A stretch of DNA of 64,000 bases from Camelus dromedarius (Eukaryota), in NCBI RefSeq assembly GCF_036321535.1, contig NC_087447.1:50780001-50844000 (forward strand), read 5' to 3'. This document shows, one piece after another, positions 59,925 to 64,000 of the stretch. The position numbers and the translations under genes are program-made. The notes under the pieces were generated by a model. It was not told the DNA's origin. It did no database searches and saw only the letters and a list, made by a program, of their open reading frames with translations. Numbering within the stretch: position 1 is the stretch's first letter; every line of letters begins with the position of its first letter.

Positions 59925-62134
59925 TGTTACCACAATTCTAGCAAGGCCTTCCTGTGTCTCTCTGTCCCTGGGGGGCTGGGGGACAATGAAGGGAATGTTT
60001 CCCAGGCCTGGGTGACTGTCCTCTGGTCAGAAAGCCATGTGAGGGAATTACTGCTGAGGCTGGACTCCGCTGCTGCCAGCCTGGTGGGACTGTGTCCTGA
60101 CATCATTGGGATCATTCAGTTGTCCCTTCACCTGGCCCTGTCCCCAGGTGAAGCGCCGTCCCAGGCACTGGGGGTGTGGTGAAGCAGCCACCAGGCCTGC
60201 TCTAGGGCAGCCTACAAGCCAATGGGGAAGACAAATAGAAATACCCTGATCCTGACAAACAGCACGCAGAGAGCTGGTGGTAAGGCTGTGTGGGAGTTAC
60301 CCGGTGTTTCCTGAATGCTGGGTGAGGAAGTCCTCGCCCTAATCCCTTTCTCTACATTTCCTTTCCTCTGGTCCCATGATGGTTTGGAGCAGGGCAGCTG
60401 CGTGAAGGGCGGCCCAAAAAGGAGATGGGCTTGTGAGGGCATGAGTGGATGTAAGGGAATCAGAGTGGAGGCTGTTGAGGGGGAGATGCGGGCAGCTTGA
60501 GCCAGGAAGCCAGGGTGTGTGGTGCGGAGAAATGGGATGATTTTGGAAGTAAAGTAAACAACTTGGTGACTGGGTTGGAGGTGAGGAATAAGGGAAAAAT
60601 AAGTGAATTAAGACCAATGCTTTAGATTTCCCCACAAGACTGAGAGAGGACCTCAGCATAGCGCCTGGCCCCTGGCGGGTGCTGAGTACATTTCAGCATC
60701 TGGAGATAACTGCACACCATCCCCTGCCACTCCCTGCCCATCCCACCTGCTCAGACCTGCGTTCTGCCTGGGTCAGCACGTTCCTCTCCAGGTCTCAGTT
60801 TTCCCATCTGTGGAAGGTTAACACTACTTGCCTGCCCAGTCTGGGAGGCTCAGCAGGAGATGACTGGAGGGGTGGTCGGTACAAAGTGTCCTGCAGTGAA
60901 TCCAGGAGTGGGGACAGTGTTCAGGAGAAACTCCTGCCATGGGCACCTGGCCAAGCAGACTCCAGCACCCAAGGGTGTTCAAGGGTCAGGACTCCGGTCA
61001 GAGGGCACACCAGCCCCTGTAGAGGCTGAGTCCCAGCACTGTCATTTCTCACCCTCGGCTCCAGGCAGAGGCTGGATGTTATGTTCAGCCTTGCTCTCGA
61101 GGGGGCGCCATTGGACAGCTGCGCCTGTGGCCAGGAGGTGGTGCAGTTGGGCTGTGGGTCCCCACTGGTCAACCCCCATCCTTTGGGTGGCAGCCAGGTG
61201 GCCCCTTCCCTGTAGGCACATCCCAGTTTTGGAGACTCTAAAAGAGCGTTTCCCTCCGCCCCGGCCAGAGTGGCCCTGGAGAGGCCCACAGGGCTGGGGC
61301 AGCTGCCAGGTTCGCTGCAGGCAATGGGCTGTGACGTGCAAGGGCCAGGTCTCAGCAGGGAGTCCTCTATGTCACTGTCTTCTATGACGCGAATAACAAA
61401 TATTTTGTTTACTCGTCCTTGTTTACCCTCCTCCTCTACTTGAAAATCGCGTTTTCCACTTCAATTTTCCTGTGTCTCTGGTACATGCAGGGTTGTTCCC
61501 AATCAGCTGGTTTGAGTTTCTTGGATGTTTAGAGATAACATGCATTCCCCATTCCCTCAACCCTGCTGTGCAACCCCCACCCCCGAACCCCGCCCAGAAC
61601 AAGCTGGGGGCAGTGGTAAAGTGATGAACTCCGCGGGGACACATCTGAGGGGAGCCTTCGGGAAGGGGCCTGGGGCAAGGGTGTAATATGTTCAGGGATG
61701 GGGAGAAAGGGCCAGAATGCAGGGCTTGCTACTTGCTGCCCTGCCTTGCCTGGTCCTTTGCTCTCAGAGCCTCAAACAGCCATTTTGAGATGGAAACAGG
61801 CTTGGCAGAGGGCAGGCAGGGGCCGAGATTCAGCAAATCAGTGACCAAATCAGGATCGCTGTGAGAATAGGAGGTGTTACTAAAATGGCAGGAGGCGGCT
61901 GAGGGATGGGCGGCCCCAGACCCGGATCTCACACTGGGCAGCAGCACGGCTGAGAAAGACCCCAGTGACCTTGCCTCCCTGCTGGGCGGCCAGTGCTCTG
62001 CACAGAGCCCTGGGCAGCACAGCCCGCCTCCCACGCTGATGTCACGACACCCAGACCTTGGAGGGCCCTCTGACTCCGCCTCCTGGGGGAAGGCACTGGA
62101 GTGGGGAGGAGAGGGCAGCAGTGCCGGCCAGATA

Positions 62135-62352
62135 TCTGCCCTAGGCAGGAAAGGAGTGCCTGAGAGAGTTACACAGTAACAAACTAAAAGACCCAGAGAG
62201 ACCCCCAGAGCAAGCCACGGAGCAAGACAGGAAGAGGAGACCTGTGTCTGCAGATTGTCTGAGACCCGCCACCCTAGCTTCCCGAGCCCTCCATGCAGGC
62301 AGCAGCTGTGGCCAGGCTGGTGGGCAGCTGAGAGTGGACATCTGGGACCCAG
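62135..62352 (+). other. MYO7A: Probable non-coding exon 1 of MYO7A (start approximate; coding exons lie beyond the window)
   Basis: Strong donor CAG|GTAAGG at 62353; sequence (aaagacccagag..gaagaggagacctgtgtctgcagat..gcagctgtggccaggctgg..gagagtggacatctgggacccag) resembles the human MYO7A 5' UTR as I recall it; known CAPN5-MYO7A synteny. Confidence 0.7.
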
Positions 62353-63229
62353 GTAAGGATGGGCTGCCTACTGTCCTGGGCACTGGGAAAAGGGTTTGCT
62401 GGACTTCAGGGGAGTCAAGGGCTTGGGCCACCCTGGAGTGACTGCCCCCGCAGCCACTTGCTCCTGTCTGGGCCCCCTGCTGTCTCTGACCAGGGCTGGG
62501 GCGGAGGGGTGGACATGCTGTGGGTAGCAGAGAGAGTACTCTGTCCTTGTCTCTTTATCTCCTTAGGCCTCTCTCAGACACTCTCCTTGGATAAGTCACT
62601 TCCTTCCTCCGGGCCTCAAATTTACCATCTGTGAAATTGCACTTTGAAGCCTCACTGGCTGAGGTTGTTGGAGGAACAAGGTAAAATCAGGCATAGGTGT
62701 AGAAATGTGGATAGAGTACTGTGATCCCTGTTGTCCATTTGAAAAGCAATTAACTTGAACATGGATTAGTTTTCATTTTTAGAATAAAAAATGTCTATCT
62801 TGTAGCATTTTCCTTACAGGTGGCCCTTAATTTCTGTGCCCCTGCCACCCGTTTCCACACCCCAAAGCCCTGAAGACCCTGGTTCTGCTCCTGGCTCTTG
62901 TGGCTCACACTGTACAGGAGGCCAGCACCAAAGCCGGGCATCCTCTCCAGATATAGCTCCCCATGGCAGCTGCCTGCTGGCCCTTGTCAAATTCCATTCC
63001 CAACCAGGCACCCAGCCTGGGTGCAGGTCTCAGAAAGGACTGTGTGCCTGCTGTATCCCGGAGCTCCAGGGCAGAGGTCAGGGCTCAGGTGTCAGGCAGT
63101 GTCATGGGCAGAGGATCAAATGCCCCAGCGCCTTGAATGGACCTTGTGAAAAATTGATGCTCATCCTGGGAGGCAGGTAGGGGCCCAGAGGGGCCTCATG
63201 CCAGGGCCTGTGGGTTGGGGCTGCCTCTG

Positions 63230-63790
63230 ATCAGCATACTCAGTCCTCCAAGTCCTTCCTGAGCCATCTCTGGGCCTGGCCCTGTGCTGTGTGAGGTGAT
63301 GGCTGAGCCCTAACCCTTCCCTGTGTCTACTCCCCTACATTGTGGGCAGAGGTGGGGACAGATCCCGACCAGACAACAAATCCATATAGTCAAGGTTGGA
63401 TAGAGGGAAACATCAGGGCTCTTGGCAGCCTGGGGATGATCAGGGAAGGCTTCCTGGAGGAGGTACCATCTGAACTGAGCCATGAAGCATAGGTGGGAAT
63501 TTATTAGCCAGCATTCCAGGCAGAGGGGCCAGTGTGTGCAAAGGCCAAGAGGTGTGAAAAAGGCTGGCCCATTTCAGGAATAGTGAGTGCTGAGGCTTGT
63601 AGGGCCCGAGGACAAGACTGGGACAGGAAGAAAGCAGAGAGAGGTAAGATGGAGACACACAGAGCTTGGCCTTAAATGCAAGACTGCGGGGATTAGAGCC
63701 CCCATCCTGAAGGCGGGGCGGCAGGGAAGGGTTTGGAAGGGTTTTAGGCAAGGCGTGCCATGAGCAGGTCCTGTTTAGTCTGATCCTCCT
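63230..63790 (-). mobile_element. L2 LINE fragment
   Basis: tcagggaaggcttcctggaggaggt..gcattccaggcagagggg..tgcaaaggcc..gaagggttttaggca. Confidence 0.65.
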
Positions 63791-64000
63791 CTTGGGCCAG
63801 GCTGCCCCTTTCACCCACACTCCTGGGGCAGCCCTGAGCCCAGTGGCCAGGCACCAAATCCTAGTTCTGAATTTTCCCTGCCCTGCTGTATGACCTTGGG
63901 CGAGTCTTGGTCCCTCTCTGGACCCCTTTGCCCACAGGTCCAGGGAAGGGTCTGTCTAGACTTTCTACTTTGGGAATCTCCGAATAACAGTGATGAGAAA

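Overview
Mammalian (eutherian, apparently non-primate and non-rodent) genomic DNA; most entries in the ORF track are chance ORFs in GC-rich non-coding sequence. The window holds a complete calpain-5 gene (CAPN5, + strand): a CpG-island promoter and non-coding exon 1 near 9.1 kb, 12 coding exons (24020-57555) that splice through GT-AG junctions into a 1923-nt CDS (640 aa, catalytic Cys81/His252/Asn284 intact), and a likely poly(A) signal at 59919. An intact, intronless olfactory marker protein gene (OMP, 163 aa, 37066-37557) is nested on the same strand in CAPN5 intron 3, with its own Olf-1/EBF site and poly(A) signal. About 2.2 kb after CAPN5 lies a probable non-coding first exon of MYO7A. The rest is old interspersed repeats (L1M, L2, MIR, MLT1, an ERV1-type solo LTR, MER5A, MER63). 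I found no convincingly new biological system: the CAPN5/OMP/MYO7A arrangement is known. The leads most worth testing are host/nested gene interactions (intronic poly(A) site, possible in-frame CAPN5-OMP splice), a Cys at CAPN5 codon 499, and several transcription-factor motif clusters. Comparisons to human sequence and repeat family names are from memory and need checking by alignment.
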